From the IMG/VR virus record IMGVR_UViG_3300046517_002304, positions 1-64,000 of that record: a DNA stretch of 64,000 nucleotides. The stretch is one strand, 5' to 3'. Under the pieces are notes generated by a model. The model did no database searches, was not told the origin of the DNA, and saw only the letters and a list, made by a program, of their open reading frames with translations. Of the stretch, positions 45,967 to 55,690 are shown one piece after another (within the stretch, counting starts at the first letter, position 1; the number at the start of each line of letters is the position of its first letter). The position numbers and the translations under genes are program-made.

Positions 45967-47370
45967 ATGTATATGGATGTCATTGTAATTGAAAATAGTT
46001 ATTCATGCTTATTAAGCGATAATGAAAAGCTAAAAGATGTGCTTTGGACATCTCTAAGGTTCAGAGACAGGAACTATTTTCATAATCGCGCCTATAAAAT
46101 GAAAAAGTGGGACGGGTTCGTTGATTTCTTTAATAAGAAAAACGGAAAGTTTCTTACAGGACTACTGCCTGAAGTAAAAACTATATTAAAACTTAAAGGT
46201 GTTGAGTACGAAGTTTCTGATCGTCGTACATCGCTTGATTTTTTGCACCAGAAGATAGATGAAGATTTTTTGGGTAATGGGTATAAGTTAAGAGATTATC
46301 AGATGGAGTACATTGAGAATATTTCAAAGTATAAAAGAGGTATTATTGATTCTAAAACTGGCTCGGGTAAAACCTTAATGATGGCTGGTATTGTTAAAAA
46401 TTTGCCGAAGGGGACTAAAGTACTAATTCTCTGTAATAGGAAATCATTAGTAGAACAAAATTATAATGAGCTAATTGAGTTTGGGATTGAGGGTGTCGGA
46501 AGAGTATATGACAAATATAAAGAGCCTAATACAATTACTTGTAGCACGATACAAAGTTGTAAACATATAGATAAATTGATTCCAGGAATTCAGGCTATCA
46601 TTATTGATGAGTTACATTTGCTAAGCAGTGGTAAGGCAAAGAAGCTGTACGCGAAGTTAAAAAATTGTTCTGTTCGTGTTGGTTTAAGCGCTACTCCGTT
46701 TAAATTTGGTGGCAAAGATTTGACGCAGAAGTTTTTGGTCAAGGGGTGGATTGGGCCGATTATTAAGGTGCTAGAGTCTACTGATACCGGATTCTTAACG
46801 ACTAAAGAATTGCAGGACAGGAATATTTTATCAACCGTAGAATGCACATTTTTTAAAGTTGATAAGCCTCAGTTAAAATATGAGGTTTACATAGATGCCG
46901 TCACCAAGGGCATCGCCCAGAATGATTATTTGAATAATATGGTTAAAAAAATAATTACTGAAATGTCTGGTAGAACGCTTATACTAGTTGACAGGATCGA
47001 ACACGGCGACCGGCTGAAAGAATTAATTCCACATGCTTATTGGATACAAGGAAAAGATAACCTTGACAGCAGGCAATTTGTGATAGATAAACTGACGGCT
47101 AATGAACAGGCCGTGGGCATCGCAACAGCCGGCATATTATCTGTAGGCGTGAACGTATTCGTTCACCAACTGGTGAATTTATGTGACTCTAATGCAGAGC
47201 ATATATTGCTACAGGCATTAGGAAGAGGGCTTAGAGTTAAAAGCGACAAGCAACACTTAAAGTATTACGATTTCTTATTTGAAATCAATCAGTATTTAAA
47301 CGATCATTCAAAAAATAGAATCAAGATATTAGAGAAGCAAGGATATTCGGTATCTATCGTTGATTTATAA
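45967..47370 (+). CDS. uvsW: UvsW-like SF2 helicase
   Basis: WDG, LRDYQ, TGSGKT, DELH, SATP, HG, QALGRGLR, HSKNR. Confidence 0.88.
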   Translation: MYMDVIVIENSYSCLLSDNEKLKDVLWTSLRFRDRNYFHNRAYKMKKWDGFVDFFNKKNGKFLTGLLPEVKTILKLKGVEYEVSDRRTSLDFLHQKIDEDFLGNGYKLRDYQMEYIENISKYKRGIIDSKTGSGKTLMMAGIVKNLPKGTKVLILCNRKSLVEQNYNELIEFGIEGVGRVYDKYKEPNTITCSTIQSCKHIDKLIPGIQAIIIDELHLLSSGKAKKLYAKLKNCSVRVGLSATPFKFGGKDLTQKFLVKGWIGPIIKVLESTDTGFLTTKELQDRNILSTVECTFFKVDKPQLKYEVYIDAVTKGIAQNDYLNNMVKKIITEMSGRTLILVDRIEHGDRLKELIPHAYWIQGKDNLDSRQFVIDKLTANEQAVGIATAGILSVGVNVFVHQLVNLCDSNAEHILLQALGRGLRVKSDKQHLKYYDFLFEINQYLNDHSKNRIKILEKQGYSVSIVDL

Positions 47371-47844
47371 AACCTGACTATGCTTAAATGACTTTGTAGG
47401 ATATTCTGAAGTTCCATGCACTCCATTCCCGATGCCATCATTCATAAAGAAGATCATTGCGTATTTAGCACTTATCTGTAAAGAGAACCGTAATATTTTG
47501 CCTTTCGTTAGCCATGAATCGCATGAACAGTGAATAACTATTACGGGTTTATTGTCATGATCAGTAGTCTTGCAGGTAAGATTTACATTTAAAGGCATTT
47601 TGGCTACTTGCGGGCATCTTATTTTTATTCCCTTTGTGATATAATCAAAAGACGCCAATGTATTTTTTTGATTCTTATTATATGGCGATTTTAAAGATGT
47701 CCGTGGGTTCATCTTTTTAGAAATCGTCGGCTTTGGCTTGTTTGTATTATGCCTTTTGTTGATTAATATAATTTGCTTTGGGTGCTGCGGAGTAAGTTTT
47801 GTAATCTCTATTTGAGATCTACTATCGGTTATTTTGTTCTTCAT
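47365..47844 (-). CDS. Basic hypothetical protein
   Basis: 159 aa ORF. Confidence 0.55.
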   Translation of the reverse strand: MKNKITDSRSQIEITKLTPQHPKQIILINKRHNTNKPKPTISKKMNPRTSLKSPYNKNQKNTLASFDYITKGIKIRCPQVAKMPLNVNLTCKTTDHDNKPVIVIHCSCDSWLTKGKILRFSLQISAKYAMIFFMNDGIGNGVHGTSEYPTKSFKHSQVL

Positions 47845-47869
47845 GGCAGTTGGACTGCATAGTTTTAAT

Positions 47870-48529
47870 TTAATCTTGGGCGTGGATTACTTTGAATGTA
47901 AGAAAAAATTGCTTTGTTCTAGTCTTAAAGCGCTCTTGGTTATTTGAGTCGTAAATAACGACTTCATCTGCCCGAACTTCCATAGTAAAACATTTGCCTT
48001 TTTGAGATCCATCTATAGCCGATAGAAAGATATTACAGAAAAGAACTCCTGCCTGAACTTTCTCTCTGCCATCAACGCGAAACGATTGATTTCTGAGAGA
48101 CAAAATAAGGGTGTCGCCAGCAAACAGGTTATTGTAAATATCTACAGCTACGGATATATCGCTTGGCTTAAAATGATGGCTCGGTGGCATATCTATTGTT
48201 GTTTCACCGACTTTAATTATCTGGCTAATATCGCATCCATCAGAAATATTTCCGCCAAGTTTTTCTATGATTATTTGTGATTTTATTCTAGAAATTATGT
48301 CAAAAAACAGACCGATATCAATGTCATCAATCCTGATCTTATAGCCTATACTTGGCCTTATTATAGCAGATTTATCCTTTTTATATTGGATAACCTTTGC
48401 CATATATTCTCCCTTGGTCGGGTCTAGAATTTCAGACACAACAAGGTATACGTTTGCGGGGACTTTATGTTTTTTTCCCCACTTCATCGGAATTGCATTC
48501 CGAATTATAGTTCCTAAAGGAAGATGCAT
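47870..48529 (-). CDS. Hypothetical protein
   Basis: 219 aa, TAATG-coupled. Confidence 0.6.
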   Translation of the reverse strand: MHLPLGTIIRNAIPMKWGKKHKVPANVYLVVSEILDPTKGEYMAKVIQYKKDKSAIIRPSIGYKIRIDDIDIGLFFDIISRIKSQIIIEKLGGNISDGCDISQIIKVGETTIDMPPSHHFKPSDISVAVDIYNNLFAGDTLILSLRNQSFRVDGREKVQAGVLFCNIFLSAIDGSQKGKCFTMEVRADEVVIYDSNNQERFKTRTKQFFLTFKVIHAQD

Positions 48530-49734
48530 TATTCGTTCATCACCGTCAGCTTACTGGCATTAAATGTCTGATTGGCGATGGATATTATATCATCATTTTT
48601 GACATTGTCAATACAAGAAATAAAATCAGTTAACGTAGGAGTAATTCCTCCATTCTGGAACCAATCATTAGCCATCATAGAGTTCAATGACGCGCTTCCC
48701 TCAAAAGCCGACGCGATCTTATACGAAAAATTACGCTTAGCTACGTCCAAGACATCATCGCTAAAGCCATGTTTTTTGACAGATTCAACAATTAAACGAG
48801 ATTCAGCGGTTGCCTGCTGGACATTTTTCTTATTTAGCTGTACGTATAAATGTATCAATGATTCGTCATTAACGGAATCGCAGAAGGATGAAGCTGAGTA
48901 GCAAAGACCTAGTTCTTCTCGCAGTCTGTCAAAGAGCATTGAAAACATCCCACCACCCAATCCAACCGTCAGTAAATCTGTTAATATTTCTAGCTGTAAG
49001 TTGCTTCCTGGTGATGGACATGGATAAGAAATGTCTAAGAATGATTGTTCGCTGTTGTGCTGGAACGTGTATGGATCTAAATTCAAAGTAGGTTTTTCAA
49101 AAGTATTAAGATCTCCGCTTGGAAATTCTGTCGGGAGAATTTCGCTTAGTATCTGGAAGAACTCCGACGACGGAACTCCCCCGACAACCGAAAGGATGAT
49201 ATTTTCTTTATTGTAATATTTAGATTTAAAATCTAAAAGCGTCTGTATATTCATTTCAGCGATGCTTTTCTTGGTTCCGATAATATCGTGGCCAGGCGCA
49301 CCGTAAATATTAGATGTCATATTGTAAAAGAAATAATGAGAAGGGTTGTCAACGCAAGACTGCTCTTCTGCAAGGATAGTCCCCTTTTCTATTTCAAACT
49401 CGTCTGCCGGAAAAGACGAATGGAAAAACATTTCAGCCAGAATAGCAAATGCGTCTTTGAAATTTTTGGACAACGCCGTAATGAAATACATGGTTTCATT
49501 ATAGCTTGTGCTAGCGTTGATAGATCCTAGCCTCGCTGTAGTTTTATTGATTTCTTTATAATCTTTAAATTTGGTCCCCTTAAAAAACATATGCTCTAAA
49601 AAGTGAGCCGCGCCATATTCTTTTTCTACTTTTTCCATAGAAGATCCGGTGTTTACTACAAACTTAATGTTTGTAATTGGGCTACTGTTGTCTTTAAACA
49701 GAACCGTCCAGCCGTTGATTTTGTACGTTTTCAT
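48529..49734 (-). CDS. M16-family zinc peptidase
   Basis: GAAHFLEHMFFKGT, NASTS, LGGGMFSMLFDRLREELGLCY; start MKTYK at 49734. Confidence 0.92.
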   Translation of the reverse strand: MKTYKINGWTVLFKDNSSPITNIKFVVNTGSSMEKVEKEYGAAHFLEHMFFKGTKFKDYKEINKTTARLGSINASTSYNETMYFITALSKNFKDAFAILAEMFFHSSFPADEFEIEKGTILAEEQSCVDNPSHYFFYNMTSNIYGAPGHDIIGTKKSIAEMNIQTLLDFKSKYYNKENIILSVVGGVPSSEFFQILSEILPTEFPSGDLNTFEKPTLNLDPYTFQHNSEQSFLDISYPCPSPGSNLQLEILTDLLTVGLGGGMFSMLFDRLREELGLCYSASSFCDSVNDESLIHLYVQLNKKNVQQATAESRLIVESVKKHGFSDDVLDVAKRNFSYKIASAFEGSASLNSMMANDWFQNGGITPTLTDFISCIDNVKNDDIISIANQTFNASKLTVMNE

Positions 49735-49756
49735 GTTTTCCTGACTATAGTAGGTT

Positions 49757-50269
49757 ATGGCTATAAATTCTTGCAGCAAGGGTAAGCGAATTGAACGACA
49801 GTTAGTAGATACGCTTAACGAACGTTTCGTAGATATTTTATCACAAAATCCTTCGTGGGGCAAGTTCTCTAGGACGGTAGGATCTGGCAATCGGTGGGCG
49901 CAGCACGTTGTTTTGTCCGAAGATATTAAAAGTCTTTATACTGGGGACTTAGTGACTCCAGGGAAAAATTTTAAATTTACGATAGAGTGTAAGGGTGGAT
50001 ATAATCACATTGATTTAAATGGAGCTTTTAACGGTAACAGGGAAATAGATGCCTTTATTAAACAAGCCGAAGATGATGCTCAACGCAGTGGTAAAAAACC
50101 TATGGTTATGTGGCAAAAGACCAGAAAACCTTCTTTGGCTATAATTAAAATGTCCGACTTAGGAAGTCACATAAAAAAAATTAAGTTTTATATGAAATAT
50201 AATCAATGGGCAATAGTGTCGTTAAACGATTTTTTAAAATTACCTGATGATTTTTTCTTTACGATATAG
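49757..50269 (+). CDS. Holliday junction resolvase-like PD-(D/E)xK nuclease
   Basis: NSCSKGKRIER, GDL, IECK, QAEDDA..KKP. Confidence 0.75.
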   Translation: MAINSCSKGKRIERQLVDTLNERFVDILSQNPSWGKFSRTVGSGNRWAQHVVLSEDIKSLYTGDLVTPGKNFKFTIECKGGYNHIDLNGAFNGNREIDAFIKQAEDDAQRSGKKPMVMWQKTRKPSLAIIKMSDLGSHIKKIKFYMKYNQWAIVSLNDFLKLPDDFFFTI

Positions 50270-50271
50270 TC

Positions 50272-51270
50272 TTATGTTGTGAAGACTTCACATGATTTCA
50301 TTTGACTTTCGTTTAGTCCAATAAGACTTTGGTCACATAAACGACATAAGTAAATACCTTCTGACGCCCTTAGCTCAACAACCTTAAAGAAATCTTCATG
50401 ATTAAGTGATCTTCCTTGTAGTTGTTCACGAAGACAAAAATTCTTTCTTACTCTCCATATAGCAGATCTTTTATTATTAGTATGCTTAGATATTTTTTTA
50501 ATTTCACATTGATCAGATATGCTAGAAGCGTTTAGCTTGTCTATTTGGATAGAAAACTTTGCGTTTTCATAAAGTTCGCAGCTATTATTTATTTGATAGG
50601 CAGTAGCTTCTTTTGACTCTCCGAGGAGATTTGTTGTTTTATGATAATAATGTGACTTACCAGTTACTTTAAATATTTCTCCAGGCTCAAACTTAAACGT
50701 GTACAAAACAAATGGCTTAGATACAATATACTCAGTACCGACGATTATATTTGGCTCTGTGCTCTTCCAGGGGTTGTGTGATATGTCATAATAATCCTGC
50801 CACTCTTCGTTTTCGTAATTTTCGTATTTATCGATTGCCTTATCTACTGCTTTATTGTCCCATAATTTGAATAATGAAAAGTTATTCTGTAGGCTTTCTA
50901 GCGTCACTCCACAGAATAACTTATCGGATATGGTGCAGGTGATATTAAAAACACCTGCACCAACCTTAGTTATAATAAATATCTTATGGCTTCGCTCTTC
51001 TCCCTTGTCATGATAAAGTATCGTATCACATAAGTAATTTGATACATGCACCTTACCATCAGTGCTTGCGGTAATCGGAACGAAGTGGTCGCAGGATTTT
51101 TTTAATGTAGATTCTAATAATACTGGATTAGATTTAGAGTCGTCCGATCTTTTTAAGACACAGTATTCAGGAGGATGATTAACTGCTGTTATTATGTAAT
51201 AACCATTACCACTAAGGCCAGGCGTGATACAGCTTTTTTTAGCCCGAACTATGTCACCTGGTAGAAACAT
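50272..51270 (-). CDS. Hypothetical protein with repeated KOW/SH3-like segments
   Basis: FLPGDIVRAK and FEPGEIFKVTG. Confidence 0.55.
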   Translation of the reverse strand: MFLPGDIVRAKKSCITPGLSGNGYYIITAVNHPPEYCVLKRSDDSKSNPVLLESTLKKSCDHFVPITASTDGKVHVSNYLCDTILYHDKGEERSHKIFIITKVGAGVFNITCTISDKLFCGVTLESLQNNFSLFKLWDNKAVDKAIDKYENYENEEWQDYYDISHNPWKSTEPNIIVGTEYIVSKPFVLYTFKFEPGEIFKVTGKSHYYHKTTNLLGESKEATAYQINNSCELYENAKFSIQIDKLNASSISDQCEIKKISKHTNNKRSAIWRVRKNFCLREQLQGRSLNHEDFFKVVELRASEGIYLCRLCDQSLIGLNESQMKSCEVFTT

Positions 51271-51311
51271 TTAGAATGACGCATTCTTTTCTAGAGAATG
51301 GAGCAGCTATT

Positions 51312-51671
51312 TTAGAGAGTAAAGATTGACTTACCAGTGTTCTCGTCAATCTGCCAGTGAATATTAAATGTATTTTCTAAATCGGCAGCTACGTTAGCTC
51401 TTGCGCTACGCAGAGCAGCAACAACGTATAGAGCACTTGGATTCTCTTGATTTTTATACTCGCCTATTGTTTGCGTAATATTTTTAATCATTCTGATTAA
51501 TTGACGCGGGTCAACGGCGAACTTTTTCCCGCACACCTTCAGTTCCTTCTTGCGATCAAGGCTGATGGGAAAGTTATTTTTCTTGACGAGAATCTCGGTA
51601 TTCCCATCTTCTTTTTTTGCGGGCACTGAGATTGTCGTTTTGTCTGGTAAGAATCTATTAATTAGACTCAT
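51312..51671 (-). CDS. Hypothetical protein
   Basis: MSLINRF start after AGGAG, directly downstream of the GATase. Confidence 0.6.
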   Translation of the reverse strand: MSLINRFLPDKTTISVPAKKEDGNTEILVKKNNFPISLDRKKELKVCGKKFAVDPRQLIRMIKNITQTIGEYKNQENPSALYVVAALRSARANVAADLENTFNIHWQIDENTGKSIFTL

Positions 51672-51672
51672 T

Positions 51673-52947
51673 TTAGTTCTCCTGCACTTTAGATTCAAGG
51701 TTCACTAGGTCACCATAAACGTCCTGCAACGTGTCAATCACAAGACTACAATTTTCTTCATATTTGTCTTCTTCATCGTTTTGAGCAAGAATGGTCACGA
51801 TGCTATCTGCTGCTTCAAGTTTATTTTCTATGCTCTGAATGCTCTCAACAAGAGATTCCTTGTTTATATTCGCAAGGGTATCATCACCAGTGGACACTTC
51901 TAAAGTAGTGTCTTCATCAGGGTCGTTCTGTTGGTCAATCATATCTTGTGAATTTATCAAATGCTCGTCAACCAGCACCTCTGATGTCTTGTCCTGCTTA
52001 ATAATGGACAACGGTGTCTTTGTCGTTTTTTCTGTATCATTAATAACGGTTGTGGGAGCCTTCCCAGTTTTTTTCTCTTTCTTTTGTTTTGACTTACCCG
52101 CCGGAGTAGTTGACTGGACCTTCTTAATCTGGAACCTCTCATAAGTTGGCAAGTCACTAGTACCCGCCAACTTTAAGACCCATGTCTGGAAATCAGGGAA
52201 TATAATAACGCTTTCAGGAATACACTTTCGCGCTTCTTCGCTTACGTCCTGTGACGTTTGCTCCCAGATTTTATCTGTTGAACAGAAAAAGAATTGCCCG
52301 AGAGTTTCAGTAGCATCAATCACATGAATAGGACGGGTATTTCCATCACGGAACAACCAGAGATACCGGTCGCCGTTAGTCATGTATTCACCAACTGCAA
52401 CTGCCATCGCACCATAATGAACGTTGGCAAAGATGTCTTCAATGCCAGTGATTCTGTCAAGGATATGTTTTTCGGTATCTGTGGCGAAATTATACGCCGC
52501 TTTTTCAGAGGAATGCTCAAACATTCGCAGCAATATTTCGCTGTCGCATCCAGAATCCGTTTCATACTCTTGTTTCAGATTTTCATACTCAGCAATTTTG
52601 CCGTTGTGAACCAGTGCTATGGTCTGATCATCGGATACGTGTGGATGATTATTTTTATTAACTTTTTCATCACCCATCTTCGTTGGCTGGCGACAGTGGG
52701 CGATCATAAGGGATGGATTCATATCCTTTGTGTTTTTCCACACATTGGTTTTAATATAATCAGTTGCCTTGATAGGCTTTTTATCCCAAGAGATTTTACC
52801 CTTGGTTTCGCCGTCATCTTTTTGGCAGCACCAAAAGCCAGTGGCGTCTAGGCCACGAGATTCGGTTCGGACAAGAAGGGCAGACATAATCTCATAGGTG
52901 ATTTTGGGATTCTTGCTGACCCCTATGTATCCTGCGATTCCGCACAT
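51673..52947 (-). CDS. Class II (Ntn) glutamine amidotransferase with acidic C-terminal extension
   Basis: MCGIAG, RGLDATG, HCR, NNHPH, LVHNG, DSE. Confidence 0.88.
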   Translation of the reverse strand: MCGIAGYIGVSKNPKITYEIMSALLVRTESRGLDATGFWCCQKDDGETKGKISWDKKPIKATDYIKTNVWKNTKDMNPSLMIAHCRQPTKMGDEKVNKNNHPHVSDDQTIALVHNGKIAEYENLKQEYETDSGCDSEILLRMFEHSSEKAAYNFATDTEKHILDRITGIEDIFANVHYGAMAVAVGEYMTNGDRYLWLFRDGNTRPIHVIDATETLGQFFFCSTDKIWEQTSQDVSEEARKCIPESVIIFPDFQTWVLKLAGTSDLPTYERFQIKKVQSTTPAGKSKQKKEKKTGKAPTTVINDTEKTTKTPLSIIKQDKTSEVLVDEHLINSQDMIDQQNDPDEDTTLEVSTGDDTLANINKESLVESIQSIENKLEAADSIVTILAQNDEEDKYEENCSLVIDTLQDVYGDLVNLESKVQEN

Positions 52948-52964
52948 GTCGTTTCTCTCTTCGT

Positions 52965-53309
52965 TTACAGGGAATTCGTTTGAATTGTGTCTTTGCCGGC
53001 TAGATTATGCATTGTTTCAGCAGTTTGGTCAATAGCACCTTTCAAATCTTCGCTGGTATCGATAGATTTTAGTATAAAAACGGCAACCTTTTGAAGCTCT
53101 TTAAGCGTGCTGGTATCAGAATCGTCCCAATCGTCGTTTAATATTTTACGAATCTCATTGGCGATATTTGTAGCTGTTTTGATAATCTGCCTACTGCCCA
53201 TTTGAGCAGCATCATTTTGCAAAGAATCTATCGCATTTACGATTGGACCGATACGGTCGTTTAAGATTTTCTTTTGTTCGTTCAAGACGAACTTTTTGAA
53301 GCGTGTCAT
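52965..53309 (-). CDS. Helical protein with capsid-targeting-like N-terminus
   Basis: MTRFKKFVLNE; TATATA-N4-ATG. Confidence 0.7.
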   Translation of the reverse strand: MTRFKKFVLNEQKKILNDRIGPIVNAIDSLQNDAAQMGSRQIIKTATNIANEIRKILNDDWDDSDTSTLKELQKVAVFILKSIDTSEDLKGAIDQTAETMHNLAGKDTIQTNSL

Positions 53310-53326
53310 ACGATATATATGGTAGC

Positions 53327-54025
53327 ATGGAAAACGAAAAAAATCAAGACCACATTGAAATGGCTTTATTCAGAGCTGGACCTTTGCATCCTTACAGGCT
53401 TAAAATTGAAAAAATGCTCAAGGATTTACCGGTAAAAACTGGCGACATTTTGTTTCGGCTGGATGGATACGTGTTTTGGGGATTGTTCAATTTTAGCGAA
53501 ACTGTATGCACTTTAACAAAATCAAATTTTGATCATGCTGCCGTAGTTTACGTAGAAAACGAAATTCCGATGGTGGTAGAAATAAGTGACCAGGGATGTA
53601 CTTTGTTTCGCCTTGTAGATTGGGCAGATTATGTTTTTGCTTCCACTTTTTCCGTTTACAGACTAAAGACCGGACTGGATACTGACGCCAATATAGCAAA
53701 ATTGCAGGAGTCTGTCAAGACTCTTATTGCCAGCGATCCAGATTATGATTTTTCGTTCGGTAATGAAAATGGTAAATTTTATTGCACAGAGTTTGTGGCA
53801 AAGGTTTATGAAGATGCTGGTTTGCCTTTAATGAAACCCATGTTAATAAAAGACATTATGGGTGGCGGCTGGAGATACTGGCTATTTTATGCAATAAACA
53901 AATTAGCTGGAAAAATTACTGGAATGTGTTTTAACGCGGAGACTCCGATGTATTTTGTTGGTAACAATAAACAAGGAATGATGTCATCGCCGCTAATTAG
54001 TTTGATGGCTAAGATTAGTTTCTAA
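53327..54025 (+). CDS. Permuted papain-like NlpC/P60 (YiiX/YebB-like) enzyme
   Basis: GDILFR, FDHAAV, YDF, FYCTEFV. Confidence 0.8.
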   Translation: MENEKNQDHIEMALFRAGPLHPYRLKIEKMLKDLPVKTGDILFRLDGYVFWGLFNFSETVCTLTKSNFDHAAVVYVENEIPMVVEISDQGCTLFRLVDWADYVFASTFSVYRLKTGLDTDANIAKLQESVKTLIASDPDYDFSFGNENGKFYCTEFVAKVYEDAGLPLMKPMLIKDIMGGGWRYWLFYAINKLAGKITGMCFNAETPMYFVGNNKQGMMSSPLISLMAKISF

Positions 54026-54826
54026 TAATCTACTTTCAGCTATATCGCAGTATTTTTGTTCCAAGTCAATTCCGATGTATTGTCTGCCAGCATTTTTTGC
54101 AGCAACGCATGTAGTTCCCGATCCGCAAAATGGGTCTAAAATAATATCGCCGATGAAAGATGCTAATTTTATACATCTATGAGGTATCTCTAATGGAAAC
54201 GGTGCAGGATGCCCAAATTTGTTTTTTCCCATAGCTGGTGGTACGGCCCAAATTTGCATTCCATAAGACTTGAATTCTTCTGGAGTTAGCGCAGATTGCT
54301 TTCGTAAATCATCAGTTACATCTTTTCTTGTTCCTGATTTGCGGAACCATAAGATATACTCTACTTCTTGCACTAGAGGGATTTCGCCGGGTGAATGGAA
54401 GCGGCCATATGACCCGAGTAGACGGTTAGAACCACCTGATGCATGCGATCCTCTAATCTTTTTCCACAAGACAATTTCTTTGTAATCTAAAGCATTGCGT
54501 AAATGCATAATTAAATGTGCATGAGACGGCAAGACTATATTTTTCCCTAAGTTTTTTAAGCTTGTATGTCTGTCGTCAATGTTAATTACTAATTTTCCTG
54601 CTGGCTTTAATATTCTGACGCATTCATCAAAAATTGAACAAAGCCATGAGATATAAATGTTCCATTCACCAACGACATCTTTGCTTTTGGCATCGCCACC
54701 TTGATGGTAGTCTAATGTCTGTATAAAATATGGAGGACTAGTAATCACCATGTTCACACATTCATTGGGCATTTTCTTTAATATTTCTAGGGAATCTCCG
54801 CATATAATTTTGTTAGTTTCTAGCAT
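53993..54826 (-). CDS. Beta-class N4C/N6A DNA methyltransferase
   Basis: TSPPY, HPAPFP, LDPFCGSGTT. Confidence 0.92.
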   Translation of the reverse strand: MLETNKIICGDSLEILKKMPNECVNMVITSPPYFIQTLDYHQGGDAKSKDVVGEWNIYISWLCSIFDECVRILKPAGKLVINIDDRHTSLKNLGKNIVLPSHAHLIMHLRNALDYKEIVLWKKIRGSHASGGSNRLLGSYGRFHSPGEIPLVQEVEYILWFRKSGTRKDVTDDLRKQSALTPEEFKSYGMQIWAVPPAMGKNKFGHPAPFPLEIPHRCIKLASFIGDIILDPFCGSGTTCVAAKNAGRQYIGIDLEQKYCDIAESRLLETNLSHQTN

Positions 54827-54841
54827 GTACTATAATAGTTC

Positions 54842-55690
54842 GTGAACATTTTTATATCAGGCGGCATAGGCGATTTCATAGCATTAGAGTCTCATTTTTC
54901 CGATGAGATGCGGAGTGAATTAAAGACAGTATACCTTGCTAGCAGGGCCAATAAAGAAATAGCCGAACTCATTAATGCCGTTTATCCTAATGTTAAATGT
55001 GAAATTGTGTGGAGTGACTTTACTAAATTTCCTTGTTTCTTTAGCATAGATGATTTTAAATTAGCTGGTGGAAGTATTTCTGATGATGTAGAAGATTGGA
55101 GCATAATGGCCAAGTTCAATCTAGGTGAAATTACTAGAATGAGTATTCCAGGCCAGTCTCCATTAGAAATATTGCATGAGTTTCAGAGAAAAAATAAATT
55201 ACTTTCAGAATATAATGGCTCTAGTTTTTTGAAGAATAGATTGTGTAATTTACCTGAAAAGTTAGATTGTTATAATGATTTTATAAGAAGATGGAGTAAT
55301 AGAAGTAGAGATACTTTGCTTAATGATTACGTAGTTATTTTTCCTTATACTGGCACCCCTACTACTTCCGCAGGTAGAAATTTTAATGACATAGACTGGA
55401 AATACGTAAAAACTGTAAATAAAAAGGCTATTGTACTCGGAAACCTTTTTAATCAGCCAATCCCGCCTTTAGCCTTTAATGTAAAAACGACAATACCAGA
55501 GTCTATTGAAATATTAAAGGGCGCATCCGGGTATATCGGCATTGATTCATTCTTATCAGTGCTTGCCGCTAAGTTATTTGAATACCCTAATCTAAAAGTT
55601 AAAAGTATCAATCCACATTGCTATAATGCTAAACACATTTATTATGCGCCGCAAACTAATTTTGAATTTTTAAAGGAAAGTATATGCTAG
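54842..55690 (+). CDS. GT9-like glycosyltransferase (paralog of 14602..15498)
   Basis: GGIGDFIALES, GYIGIDSFLSVLAAKLF, HIYYAP. Confidence 0.7.
   Translation: MNIFISGGIGDFIALESHFSDEMRSELKTVYLASRANKEIAELINAVYPNVKCEIVWSDFTKFPCFFSIDDFKLAGGSISDDVEDWSIMAKFNLGEITRMSIPGQSPLEILHEFQRKNKLLSEYNGSSFLKNRLCNLPEKLDCYNDFIRRWSNRSRDTLLNDYVVIFPYTGTPTTSAGRNFNDIDWKYVKTVNKKAIVLGNLFNQPIPPLAFNVKTTIPESIEILKGASGYIGIDSFLSVLAAKLFEYPNLKVKSINPHCYNAKHIYYAPQTNFEFLKESIC

Noticed and set aside
48529-49890. 156-nt N-terminal extension of the M16 peptidase overlapping the resolvase
   Set aside because: Homology starts at MKTYK (49734) after an AGGA SD; the extension is an ORF-caller artefact.
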